Of a DNA stretch of 64,000 bases, positions 40,546-53,142 are shown piece by piece. Each line of letters starts with the position of its first letter. The stretch's first letter is position 1. Location: NCBI RefSeq assembly GCF_001194135.2, contig NC_068995.1, forward strand, positions 39,108,151-39,172,150, written 5' to 3'. A program made the position numbers and the translations under genes. The notes under the pieces were generated by a model, which was not told where the DNA came from, did not search any database, and saw only the letters and a program-made list of their open reading frames with translations. Origin of the DNA: Octopus bimaculoides (lineage: Eukaryota).

Positions 40546-41152
40546 TGTTTTTTTTTCTTCTTCCTTCAAATTTTTTCCCATTTCTCGCCGAGTGTTTTCC
40601 GTACACCTAGGGCAGAGAAACGGTGTATGCATNNNNNNNNNNNNNNNNNNNNNNNNNNNNNNNNNNNNNNNNNNNNNNNNNNNNNNNNNNNNNNNNNNNN
40701 NNNNNNNNNNNNNNNNNNNNNNNNNNNNNNNNNNNNNNNNNNNNNNNNNNNNNNNNNNNNNNNNNNNNNNNNNNNNNNNNNNNNNNNNNNNNNNNNNNNN
40801 NNNNNNNNNNNNNNNNNNNNNNNNNNNNNNNNNNNNNNNNNNNNNNNNNNNNNNNNNNNNNNNNNNNNNNNNNNNNNNNNNNNNNNNNNNNNNNNNNNNN
40901 NNNNNNNNNNNNNNNNNNNNNNNNNNNNNNNNNNNNNNNNNNNNNNNNNNNNNNNNNNNNNNNNNNNNNNNNNNNNNNNNNNNNNNNNNNNNNNNNNNNN
41001 NNNNNNNNNNNNNNNNNNNNNNNNNNNNNNNNNNNNNNNNNNNNNNNNNNNNNNNNNNNNNNNNNNNNNNNNNNNNNNNNNNNNNNNNNNNNNNNNNNNN
41101 NNNNNNNNNNNNNNNNNNNNNNNNNNNNNNNNNNNNNNNNNNNNNNNNNNNN

Positions 41153-41522
41153 TGACGCATGTGCTTCTGGTCGACATCAGCTTGTTTGCTACGAGCCACA
41201 TACTTGCCATGCAGAGGTTTCTGTTCCCATCTGCTAGCTAATTTTTCATGGGCTTTTGTCTTTGCAATTAATTTTATTTTCTTTGCAGCAGCAGTTGGCG
41301 CATTTCCTTCAACCTGATCAAGCTGGTGGGTATCTAAGAGTTCGGTAGCGAATTTTTTGCTCTCTTTCAGAATAGAGTGAAGTCTTTTCGGTCTTTCATG
41401 TTTTTCAACAAGTTTCAGCATCCAATCGTTGGTTGTTTCAAGGTATTTGGCCAGTCCGATTGTGGTGGTTTTGTACGTAAGTTCAAGCTGGATCAAGCCT
41501 CGACCTCCCTGAGCTCTGGGGA
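41153..41522 (-). mobile_element. R4/Dong fragment, 5'-truncated at a TAA tract and running into an N gap
   Basis: IPRAQGGRGLIQLELTYKTTTIGLAKYL...WEQKPLHGKY...ADVDQK, the region just downstream of the RT in R4/Dong elements. Confidence 0.85.
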
Positions 41523-41556
41523 TTATCATTATTATTAATATTACAATTATTATTAT

Positions 41557-41690
41557 TTAGTATAGTGGTAAGTATCCCCGCCTGACATGCGGGAGACCGG
41601 GGCTCGATTCCCCACCGGGGAGGCAACTATTTAAGGGCGGTGCATCAGCATGGCCGCAGCTCTAAGCTGAAACTATAAACAAACAAAAAA
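41557..41690 (+). pseudogene. tRNA-Asp-derived pseudogene or mini-SINE (GAC anticodon, 5' acceptor strand lost)
   Basis: ttagtatagtggtaagtatccccgcctGACatgcgggagaccggggctcgattccccaccggggag is nearly identical to eukaryotic tRNA-Asp(GTC) as I recall it. It is followed by a tail aagggcggtgcatcagcatggccgcag...ctgaaact. Confidence 0.8.
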
Positions 41691-41789
41691 ATTATTATAA
41701 TCATCATCATCATCATTATTATTATTATTATTATTGTTATCATTACTATTATTATTATCATCATTATAACTATTATTACTCCTTCGTAA

Positions 41790-44185
41790 CACAGTGTAGG
41801 TGAAAATGCACCGGAGTCTTTAGTCTTCTTTCAAGTCACAACAAGGACCTCAGACAGATAATACTTTCCTTAAGATGTGCGCTGTACCCAATAAGGATGC
41901 TTTTTTGCAAGACAGCAATCTTGCATTGGATTTCCAGTTACCATAAGGAGTTTTGAACTTTCAAAGTGATTGAGACCAATACTCCAGTCACCACTGGTAT
42001 CACGTTTATATTACCCTCACGCATTCCATACAGTCTTGCCAGTTCCACTTTCAATTCGGAGTACTTGGTGATTTTTTTCAACCTCTTTACTTACAAAATT
42101 CATGTCATTTGGTAGGGCGGCTACATCAATGATCTGACAGTAATTGTCTCTCTTATTCAATATGACAATATCCAACCGACGGTGTTCAATTACATGATCT
42201 GTCTGAAAATTATATTCCCAGAGTATCGTTATTTTTCCATCATCCTGCCTAACTTTATTTGTTCTATGCTCATACCAGTTCACTGTTAAATCATATTGTT
42301 ATTTACAGCATAAGAACTAATGCAGTTACACAAACATTTTATCGTGGCAGAGCTTGTATTCTTTTGTGCATGGCTCTCACATCCACTTACCTAGTGGGTC
42401 AAATTTTCCACACTTTTTCCACAGAATCTGCATTTCTGGGTGTCAGAAGTTTTATAGATGTTATACTTCACTGAATTGGTAGCGTGAGCCTGGCCGTGTG
42501 CAGCAATGATCAGGATTTCGGTGGAACGCTTTAAATCCCCTCGCTCAAATCACGCCCACGACGCTGTATTATCCTTTACGTCCTGTGTATTCCTTTCAAA
42601 CTGTCCATGCATTCTCATTTCAAGGTCTTCTTTTCTCTTCTCCTCAGCTCGTTGGTTACACTCTTTTTTGCCCATCATTTCATCTGCATTTACACCCATA
42701 TCTTTCTGGGCATATTACAGCAGGTCTTCATTACTATTTATCAAATACTTGGCAAGCGTTCTCCTTTCACGCCTAAAACAATGGTCTATACTAATTAGGC
42801 CTCTGCCACCATTCTTTCTTTTCATATACAGTCTATTTAGGTTTGCTTTAGGGCGTAGCGCACTATGCAGCGTCATCAACTTTCTTATCCTTCTATCCAC
42901 TGTTGATATTTCCTCCTTAGTCTATTTGAGGATGGATGCACTATATCTGACCTCCGCAACTGCCTAGATATTCATTGCGATAATCAAATTTTTGACATTG
43001 AGGTTGGATTTCAACATCATTTCACCCTTTTTGATACGTCTCGCTGACCTTGACTTTCATTTCTCTGTGTAGAATGTCATCCAGCTCCAAACTCCCTAAA
43101 TATCTATACCCATTACCGTCAGGTTCACCCATGATCTCTCCTGAAGGTAACCGAAATCCTCTGCAGGCTGCTTTCTTTCCTCTTTTCATATTAAGTACTG
43201 AGCATTTGGTAATCCCAATTCCATACCGATGTCCTAACTACACTTCTAGATTGTTTTGGTTAAAGAATCTATCTGTTTTTCAAATTTCCCAAACAATTTC
43301 AGGTCATCCATAAACAGAAGATGGTTCAATGATGGGCCTTTCTTCCCACATCAGCAACCCATTTTAACTTTCCTAAGTGTCATTGTTATGGGTATTAGTG
43401 AAATTACAAAAAGTAACGGACGAAACGTGCTACCTTGGAAGATTCCCCCACTCTTTCATGCTATGTATTAGAGAATCTGTGATGTTGTCGGCAACACCAA
43501 ACATTTGCAGGCATTCAACGATCCAAGAATGAGGCACCATATCATATGCCTTCTTACTGGCAATCCAAGCCATAGACATGTTTGTATTATGTTTTTTACA
43601 ATGCCTCAAAACTGTTTTATCGATGACCATGTGATCCTTGGTACCCTGAGAACTCTTCCTGTAAGGCTTTTTGTTCCCTTAGCAGTATTTCTTCTTGTGC
43701 CAGAAAAGTGTATGTCATTGTTGCCACACATATTCCAGTGAGTATCTTCCAGATTATGTTTAGGCATACTATGGGACGGTAGTTTGCCACAATATTCCCC
43801 TTATTCTATCTTTCATTACAAGTGTTGTCCTCCCAGTCACCATCCACGCGGAGACTGTACCTTTCTGGACACACTCGTTCAATTGGGATGCTTGTCTTTC
43901 ATGCACAGCGTGGCATCCCTTCAGCCAGAAGTCATGAATCCCATCTGGTCCGGGGGCTTCCCAGTTAGGCGCTTTTCTCACTTGTTCTTTCACATCACCC
44001 GTGCTTATGACAATATTCCTTTGTTTCTTTCCTCCTTGTAATTATGTCTTGATAGTTCCTATCCACGTTGCATCCCCTTCATGCCCCACATTGTTTCCTT
44101 ATAATCCGCTCCAGAACTCCTTGGCTTGATTTGCATCAGAAGCAATATTTTCCCCATTGTTTCCTTCTAAAGTTCTGAAGAATAA
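41790..44185 (-). mobile_element. R4/Dong-clade non-LTR retrotransposon, 5'-truncated with 3' end retained, (TAA)n-type repeats on both sides
   Basis: KEFWSGL, APGPDGIHDFWLK, MAWIASKKAYDMVPHSWIVECL, YRYLGSLEL, LYMKRKNGGRGLISI, LWEYNFQTD..IEHRRLDI, IIDVA and ILRKVL; then a 3' UTR and TAA repeats. Confidence 0.92.
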
Positions 44186-45330
<1,145 letters not shown>

Positions 45331-45444
45331 TGCTATGTACGAACACTGTAGTGAAAAATTGATGGACCAGCGAAAAACAAATGCAAGCCTAGTAAATATA
45401 TGGCTTCAATAATACCAACGTTGATATTAATAATCCATGTTACT

Positions 45445-45645
45445 ATAAGCACAAGGCCTGAAATTCTGGAAAGTGGGATTCCCGATTACATCGATCCCAG
45501 TATCTGGCTGGTACTTATTTCCTCAACCCCGAAAAGATAACAGGTAAGGTCGACCCGGCTGCATTTGAACTCAGATTATGAAGACAGACGACACACCACT
45601 AAGTATTTCGCCCGGCGTCCTAACAATTCTGCCAGCTCGCCGCCA
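45445..45645 (-). mobile_element. SINE family A
   Basis: cacaaggcctgaaatt...gtcgacc...tttgaactcag...aattctgccagctcgccgcc. Confidence 0.8.
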
Positions 45646-45819
45646 AACTTTGATATTGATAATAATGATTGTTTCTTTATTGGCGTGAAGAACCGAAGAA
45701 AAAAGCAAAAGACGATACAACAGAGAGGATTTACGCAAAAGACGATACAACAGAGAGGATTTACGTATAGTATGTGTGAAGAGTATATAAACAATAATAA
45801 TTAACAATAAGAATTCGAA

Positions 45820-46300
45820 CAAAATGTTCCCTAAATGGTTGGAAGACCCAGCAAGGGACAACCTACAGACGCCAGTCATCCTGGACATCCTGAAAGCCAA
45901 GATCACTTCTAGCAAACAACCCTCTCCTCTCCATTCTTTCCGGCCTCCTGGAGCATGCTCACAGCAGACCCATTCTTACGGGCCATCCTCACCACATTCA
46001 CCTGCCTTTCAACAAATTACTGGGGTACAGCATTTGCCTCTCTACTCTCACTTTTCTTCATCTACCACACTACCTCTTTAGCAACCACTAGACAGAGGGA
46101 CATTGCTTGCCCTTCCCCGCCAAAAGAAGGTGGCGTGGCTATCTTCACGATGGGGTCGGCCGAAAACCGAATCCGTCCTACACTTGCCAACAGTTATTTG
46201 ACAAAGCTTCACAAGTCGCCAATGCCCTGATATTGAACGAGTGCATGTAGAACAACTTCATCGCCCTTCGCACGTTCAATTCCATCTAACAGAAATCAGT
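45820..46300 (+). mobile_element. Possible Tx1/L1-like ORF2 fragment
   Basis: RQRDIACPSPPKEGGVAI resembles the post-RT P..GGLG motif; otherwise very degenerate. Confidence 0.3.
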
Positions 46301-46539
46301 GCATGTAGGGCTTGTCTCGAACCGGCAGAGTACTCTGGTAGCATTGCTAGGCTAGGCGTATCCAAAAATTATGCATCAGCCACGGCCCAAAAGTCCTCCG
46401 GAAAAGATCGACACCTAAACATTATCCGGAATGTCATCATTATCGCTGGCCACCAATCACCTATTGAACTCCATAATTTATTATCCCTGAACGGATGAAA
46501 GGCAAAGTCGACCTTGTGGGTATTTGAACAGTATACAAT

Positions 46540-46840
46540 GGTTAAAATGGGTGGGGATGTGAGAGATGTAGTCCTGCGGATACGGGATGACCTCTACAGA
46601 TAATCGAGTAACCCCACTGTCCGTGCTTTCCCTGAACATTAAGAGGAAGTTCCCTTTCCGATTTACAGGTCTACACTGAGAGAGGTACCATCCTCTCTTG
46701 CTATTTTCACAACTTTCATCCACCTTTCAATAAACTCCTCGAGAACAGCACTTCCCTCTCCGCTCTCAATTTCGTTTTCAAATGAAACCTGAAGGAGTTA
46801 ATGAGGGCCCTACCAAAGACGAATGTATCTGTCCTCATGC
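46540..46840 (-). mobile_element. Tx1/L1-like ORF2 C-terminus and 3' UTR
   Basis: Minus strand reads GRALINSFRFHLKTKLRAEREVL / EFIERWMKVVKIAREDGTSLSVDL*. Confidence 0.5.
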
Positions 46841-48289
46841 TTTTCAGCCTTATAATGAACAATGAATACATTAGTATCAATACAGTAACATCAACATAGG
46901 TCTACCTTTTTAGTGGAATTTAGTCCGACCAATAATTCTCTTCATAAAGAGAAGTGTTAGCCAAGATTTCATTAATATCTTTTTTATAGCCTCATTGAAC
47001 AGAATTATTCACTCTCTCCCCCCCTCTCTCTCTCTCTTTCTCTCTTTAAATCCTTCTTTTAAGTATAGAGAAGCGTTTTCTTATATGCGTCTCAGAAATA
47101 TAACCCAGTGAGTTGATGGAACATTAACAGAAGATATTTGCTTTAAAAACATTTTATGTCTAAGAAAAATTATTGAGCCATTGAAATATAGATAGAAGAC
47201 ATAGTATAGAAAGTGTCTTCGTGCGATATCACCATCATCTGTCTAAGAAAATGTTGAATTTGGTGGCATACATTCCTCTATAAACAATTTAAAGTTACAT
47301 TGCTTAGAACTTAATATTGATTTCATATAAGGCGGCGAGCTAGTAGAGTCCTGAGCATGCCGGGAAAAATGCTTAGCGGCATTTCGTCCGTCTATACATC
47401 ATCAGTTCACATTCACCCGAGGTCGAATTTTCCCCCTATCGACCTCGCCGCCTTCACGTAAATATATATATATATATATATATTAATAGTTATCGCCAAG
47501 CTATCATGGCAGTCCAGAAAAATAGGACGAATGCTGCCGTTGGTTAGCTCCAAGAGGCCATTGCCACTAGATAGCCATGCGACACACGAACCTGTGTCCA
47601 TTACAACCATTGAACAGAGAGGTCAGCTGCTTCCCCTTGCTGATCTGGCATCTACAGACTAGTTTCAGGTTATTTACCCTTTATCAATGTAGAGCAGCCG
47701 AACAAATCGAAGGATTGACAGAAACACGCACAGACACACACACTCTCTTATTCTCTCGCTCGCATCTTCTTTCTTTCTCTCTCTTTCTCTTTCTTATCCT
47801 CTCTCTCTCACTCTGCCTTCTTCCTTTTCTCCTTCACCTTACTCACTATCTTTCTATTTCCCTCATTCTCTCTATTTGTTCGCTCTTTCACACTCTTCCT
47901 CACTTCGTCCTCATTCTCTCACCCTTTTTTCTCTCTCTTTCTCTCTCTCACTCGTTTGCTTTTTATCATTTCTAACGCAACTTTAGTATGTTGTTTTGGA
48001 GCTAGGTAGTTGCAAGCACTGTTGCCTCCTTTAGTGTGCTAAAGACATTAAACTCAGCAACAATTTCCTCATCCGTCTCTTTCTTCCCCTCCAGAAGGAC
48101 AATCTTCTAGAATCATGTCCCTACAACTTGCGCTTTTCCTCTAAGTACTGATTTGTGATGTTCAAGTAGAACATTAACAGTAAACTCTTGCCGGTTCCGA
48201 GTAACCCTGCGAAGGTCATAACCACCGCCTTTTTCTAAAGATCTTGTAAATAAAGTCACTGGAGAGTTTATATTTCATCTTTCACTGCA

Positions 48290-48450
48290 ACTATGGTCAT
48301 GGTGGAACACCGCCTTGAAGGGTTTTGGTCGAAGAAATCGACCCACTACTTACATTTCAAAGCGTAGTCTCTGTTAAATCAGTCTCTTACGTGCACGTAA
48401 ACAAACCAACAGCAGTTGTGAAGTCGTGGCGGACTAGAAACGCACGCACA
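48290..48450 (-). mobile_element. SINE family D fragment
   Basis: Plus strand ggtcatggtggaacaccgccttgaag. Related copies lie at about 55975-56165 and 57030-57200. Confidence 0.6.
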
Positions 48451-49548
48451 CATATACACCTAATACATATANNNNNNNNNNNNNNNNNNNNNNNNNNNNN
48501 NNNNNNNNNNNNNNNNNNNNNNNNNNNNNNNNNNNNNNNNNNNNNNNNNNNNNNNNNNNNNNNNNNNNNNNNNNNNNNNNNNNNNNNNNNNNNNNNNNNN
48601 NNNNNNNNNNNNNNNNNNNNNNNNNNNNNNNNNNNNNNNNNNNNNNNNNNNNNNNNNNNNTATATATATATACGACGGACTTCCATACATTTTCCGTCTA
48701 TAAAATTCACTCGCATTTCTTATTTGGTTGGATTAGGTCTATAGTAGCAAAGACTCTCCCGGTGTGCTATGGAAAGTACTGAACCCTGATCCATATGATT
48801 GGGAAGAAAATTTCTTAACCACACGGCCACGTCTGCCTTTATAAACAGAAGAGTTACAAGAGATTATGTACAATATATTAGATTCTTTTACTTTTCCCGG
48901 TAAATCAATTCGTTGAAATATTCTACGAACTCTCCTATAGGTTAATGTTTGCTAACCAGCAAAAATATTCTCCTGCTATCTAATCTTAGTTTATAACAAT
49001 TGCACTAAATATCTTTGGTGTTTATCTGTTGGTGCACATCTTCACATTTTCGTTGTTGTTGTTGTTTGGCTATGCGCCAACTTTCAACTGTTCCCCCACT
49101 GACAATCGCATTCTTGTTTCAGACAAAGTAAGTACACAAATATCTAACCTGCACCACCTTTTATAAACACGGTAAGGTATGGTTAGGGGGATGTTTGGTT
49201 GATATTTCTTGCAGGGCAAACATTCACATAGAAATACTCACATTGGGATGTATGAATACTTGTGAGTATGTATGTTTGTGTGGATATAGTTGTGTACAAG
49301 TATGTGCATGTTCCTTTGTGTACTCGAGTGCGTATGCATGTGTCTTTCATATTCATGCTTCTAGCATCAAATCAAGATGTGCTGCTCTCTTAAAAGATTC
49401 TTGTCTTCTAGAAATTTCTAAGTTAAATAGGAAAGAGAAAAATTTCTCCCGTCAGCGTATATACAATAAGAAAGGAACATGTGATAACTACTACGGTAAT
49501 AAAACATAATATACATATGTATATATGTGAGTGAATGAGTGAGTGAGT

Positions 49549-49625
<77 letters not shown>

Positions 49626-50292
49626 AAGAACGAAAGAAATAAGAGGTAGTGAACAGGTGTGGTATTCAAAATTTTATCGAACATACACACCTTTTGCTAA
49701 CATACCGAAACAATTACACAACAAGTAGAAATATTATACAATCATGCATTTACATCTAATCATTGTTCCGTCACAAATACAATTCTGTGTTGAAGTTCCA
49801 ATTATTTAGACTTTTCGCCGCTATGCAAATGATCAAACCCCACAGGCTATATAAATCGCTAACAAAACATCACTTCAATGATTTCTGAACAACGCAACCC
49901 CTCTATCAAAACCAAGAAGTGAGAAAGAAGGAGAGAAAGAGAGAAAGAGGTCATATATTTATATCTTTTTTTGCCCAAATGATTTTTGTCCTAACGATCG
50001 CTTGCAATCAGACGATTGGCCTTCCTTATTGATTATATTAGTTTTTCTGTTTTCCTTTTTTCTCCCTATCCCACCTCCCTCTCTTGTTATGAAATTATTT
50101 CAGCATTTTGGTGAAACAGTTGAATGTTCTATAAAGTTTAATGCCATCTACAACTGTTTTCACTCTTGAAAGGAAAGGCAGTATATTCGAATGTATAGAA
50201 ATGTACTTTAGTGTTAGTAATTTTCTCCATTCGTTTGGTATTAAGAATAGAAGAAAACAATATTGTCAACAAGTGTAAATTTGAAAACTTAC

Positions 50293-50465
50293 ATTTAGTA
50301 TTTGGTAAGTTTTTCACCCTTACAACTGAAAGTGGAAGACTATACTCGAACGTATACAACATCTCACTCGCCATGCTGAGTGGCAAATGTCTTGGAACTT
50401 TTCTGGTGACGACTAGGGTATCATTAAACAGATATAATCCAAGAGCCTCTGTACATTGGTAAATT
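50293..50465 (-). CDS. ECT2L: Penultimate coding exon of the ECT2L-like gene (PH domain)
   Basis: Acceptor ttttcag|, donor |gtaagt; 173 nt, phases 2 and 1. Reads (R)IYQCTEALGLYLFNDTLVVTRKVPRHLPLSMASEMLYTFEYSLPLSVVRVKNLPNTK(Y), which resembles recalled ECT2L [21 protein letters not shown]...IENIPDSKY. Confidence 0.87.
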
Positions 50466-50696
50466 CTGAAAAGAAATTGAAAGAAAACACGAAAAAGTGT
50501 GTTATTTACAACATAAAGGCAAAAATAAATATGCACACACGCACATCGTTACGATGATGACGCGGCCTCCGGTGAATCTGATCAACGGAACAGCCTGCTC
50601 ATGAAATTAACGTGTAAATTACTGAGCACTCCACAGAAGCGCATACACTTGGCGCAGTTCCGGGGCGAGTCAGCGTGACACAGAATATGACAAGGC

Positions 50697-50930
50697 AACG
50701 GCGACGAGATGGCAGAATCGTTAGCACGCCGGGCGAAATACTTAGTGGTATTTCGTCTGCCGTTACGTTCTGAGTTCAAATTCCGCCGAGGTCGACTTTG
50801 CCTTTCATCCTTTCGGGTCGATAAATTAAGTACCAGTTACGCACTGGGGTTGAGGTAATCGACTTAATCCCTTTGTCTGTTCTTGTTTGTCCACTCTATG
50901 TTTAGCCCCTTGTGGGCAATAAAGAAATAG
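50697..50930 (+). mobile_element. Full-length SINE family A with 14-bp TSD, inserted in a family-B-related remnant
   Basis: Perfect TSD gaatatgacaaggc at 50683-50696 and 50931-50944. Confidence 0.9.
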
Positions 50931-51662
50931 GAATATGACAAGGCTGATACAAATCACTTGCGCCAGCTAGGATGACGGGAGAAACATAAGGTAAAATATC
51001 TTGCTCAAGGACACAACATGACGCCGAGTACCGATCTCTCGGAAGCCAAATATCCAAACTACTTCGCCAAACGCACACACACACATACACACACATATGC
51101 ATATATGTATGTATACAGGGCTCTGGAGTCGGTATCGGTGTCGAGACATTTTTTGTGTTTTAAGAATAAGAGTCGGAGTTGGTGAAAATCGGCTAACTCC
51201 GACTCCTCAAAAATAACATACTGTTTATTTGATAAAAAATATATATTTTATTTAATTGTTTTATAATAGAGCATAATCAAACTAAACAGCAATAGAAGCG
51301 ACTGTAAATATATTCAAATTAAGAATTAGTTATTCACTATAAATTACATTTAGAATTAATAATAAGAAAATTGCGCAAATTTATCCTTTGAAAAACAGGC
51401 AAATATAATCGACTGCATCACAGCAAACTGTAATGAGTGTAATCTGCAATCACGTTGAGTGAGTCGTGAATTGCGTCAGTTGTAAACATTACTTTGGCTG
51501 ATGCCAACGGTTGCTTCTGCACGTATTGCATCATCTTTCAAATTGAAAGCTGATGCATTATGTGCACAAGGGACCTATGAAGTTTACATTTTAAGATTGT
51601 TAAATGAAGTCTTTCAATCGAAAAGAACTAAATTAAGAGTAACTTTTATGCATGTATTCTTC

Positions 51663-51717
<55 letters not shown>

Positions 51718-51928
51718 GTATATATAAAATGTTTCGTAGGTTTATGAAAATAAAATTGTTAAAAGAGAGTAGCATTCAAGGTTTCTGCACAAATTGTTCA
51801 GTTACCTTTAAAAACATCTAGAAGATACTGGATAGTAATTTACAACCATAATTTTATTCCGTTTCTTTCGTTTTTAGTGTTAAAATCTTGAAGAATTTTT
51901 TTTTTCTGTATTTCCAGTATAATTCTTT

Positions 51929-52934
51929 GGTAAATTTATAGTTTCACACCAGACTCAATTTCGGTACTAAGTTCTTTTTCCGCGTTTTTAGGGGATGGGT
52001 GCAATCGTCTTCACCTCGTAAGCTGACGGAAATGTATTCTTTCCGCGGAAAAATGGAGGGGTGGGGCGAAACCTCGGAAATTCCCTTTCCCGGACCCGTC
52101 TCCCGCGTTTTTTGTTTTCGCTGCAATCGTCTTAATTGACCTCATACATATAATCAGTGAATTTCATTTATAGATTGTATATTCTAATTAAAACGTGTAT
52201 TTTGGGTTGTTCGCTAGAATTGAGAGGATTAGCAAACGTCGCTTTGTTGTTCCTCTGACTGGTCAGAAGCGTGACAAAGCGACATTGCTTCCACCGATTC
52301 AAAATGCATCAAATCTGGCACAGTTATCTACAGTGATTCTTGGGTGGCTTACAAACATATACAAATTGGGTTATCAACATTACATGATAACCGACAAAAA
52401 AAAATTGTGTTGATACTACACATGCACACATACACACACAAAACATCGAAGGTTTTTGGTGAGATTTAAAAGAATGAGTGAAAAGGTCCACGTATTCGTT
52501 CAAACTATCTACACCAGTAACTTTGCTATAGAAAACAAATACAAAAATTAAAAATTGCTGCACCAATTTTTTTTTATCGTGGCAGGAAAATCTTTTATAC
52601 CGGTCCAAGATCGCCAGTAAATGATCGATTCCAGAAAAAATCCTGAGAGAGAAGATATACAGGACTGCCCTAGGATCCGCCCCACCTCTCTGTTTTCCAC
52701 GGACAAAATGCATTTTCTAACCATTATGAAATAAATTAAGACGATTGCCACGAAAAACAAAACGCAGGGGAATTTCAGAGGTTCCGCCGCACACCCACTT
52801 CCTCCGTTTTCCGCGGTAAGAATGTATTTCTGACAGGTTACGGGGTCACTAAGACGATTGCACCCCAAAAAAAAAGCCGTGGGGAAAATTATTTAGTAGC
52901 GAAATCGCGTCTGGTGCGAAACTACAGATTTATC
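51929..52934 (+). mobile_element. Merlin (IS1595/ISXO2-like) transposon nested in the hAT
   Basis: Imperfect TIRs of ~200 bp starting GGTAAA/GATAAA; 8-bp TSD aattcttt/agttcttt. The transposase remnant reads IERISKRRFVVPL..RDKATLLP, KSGTVIYSDSWVAY, LGYQH and HTQNIEGFW. Confidence 0.85.
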
Positions 52935-53142
52935 AGTTCTTTAATATAACTGTAGCTTCAATCCTAACTTTTTGTGGCGATATATAATATATTAATAAAT
53001 ATTACAGTAATTTAACATTGCTTAATGTTAAGTACTAACTGTAATTTATGCGGTCAGTGTTTTTGATGTTTGATTTTTTTTTCCTGAATTAAATATTGTT
53101 TATATTACCATTTATGTTGTTGATGTTGACAGCCCCTACAAT

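Noticed and set aside
41551-41622. Functional tRNA-Val(GAC) or tRNA-Asp gene
   Set aside because: The 5' acceptor strand is missing, the T-loop is altered, and it is fused to a SINE-like tail. Treated as a pseudogene or SINE.
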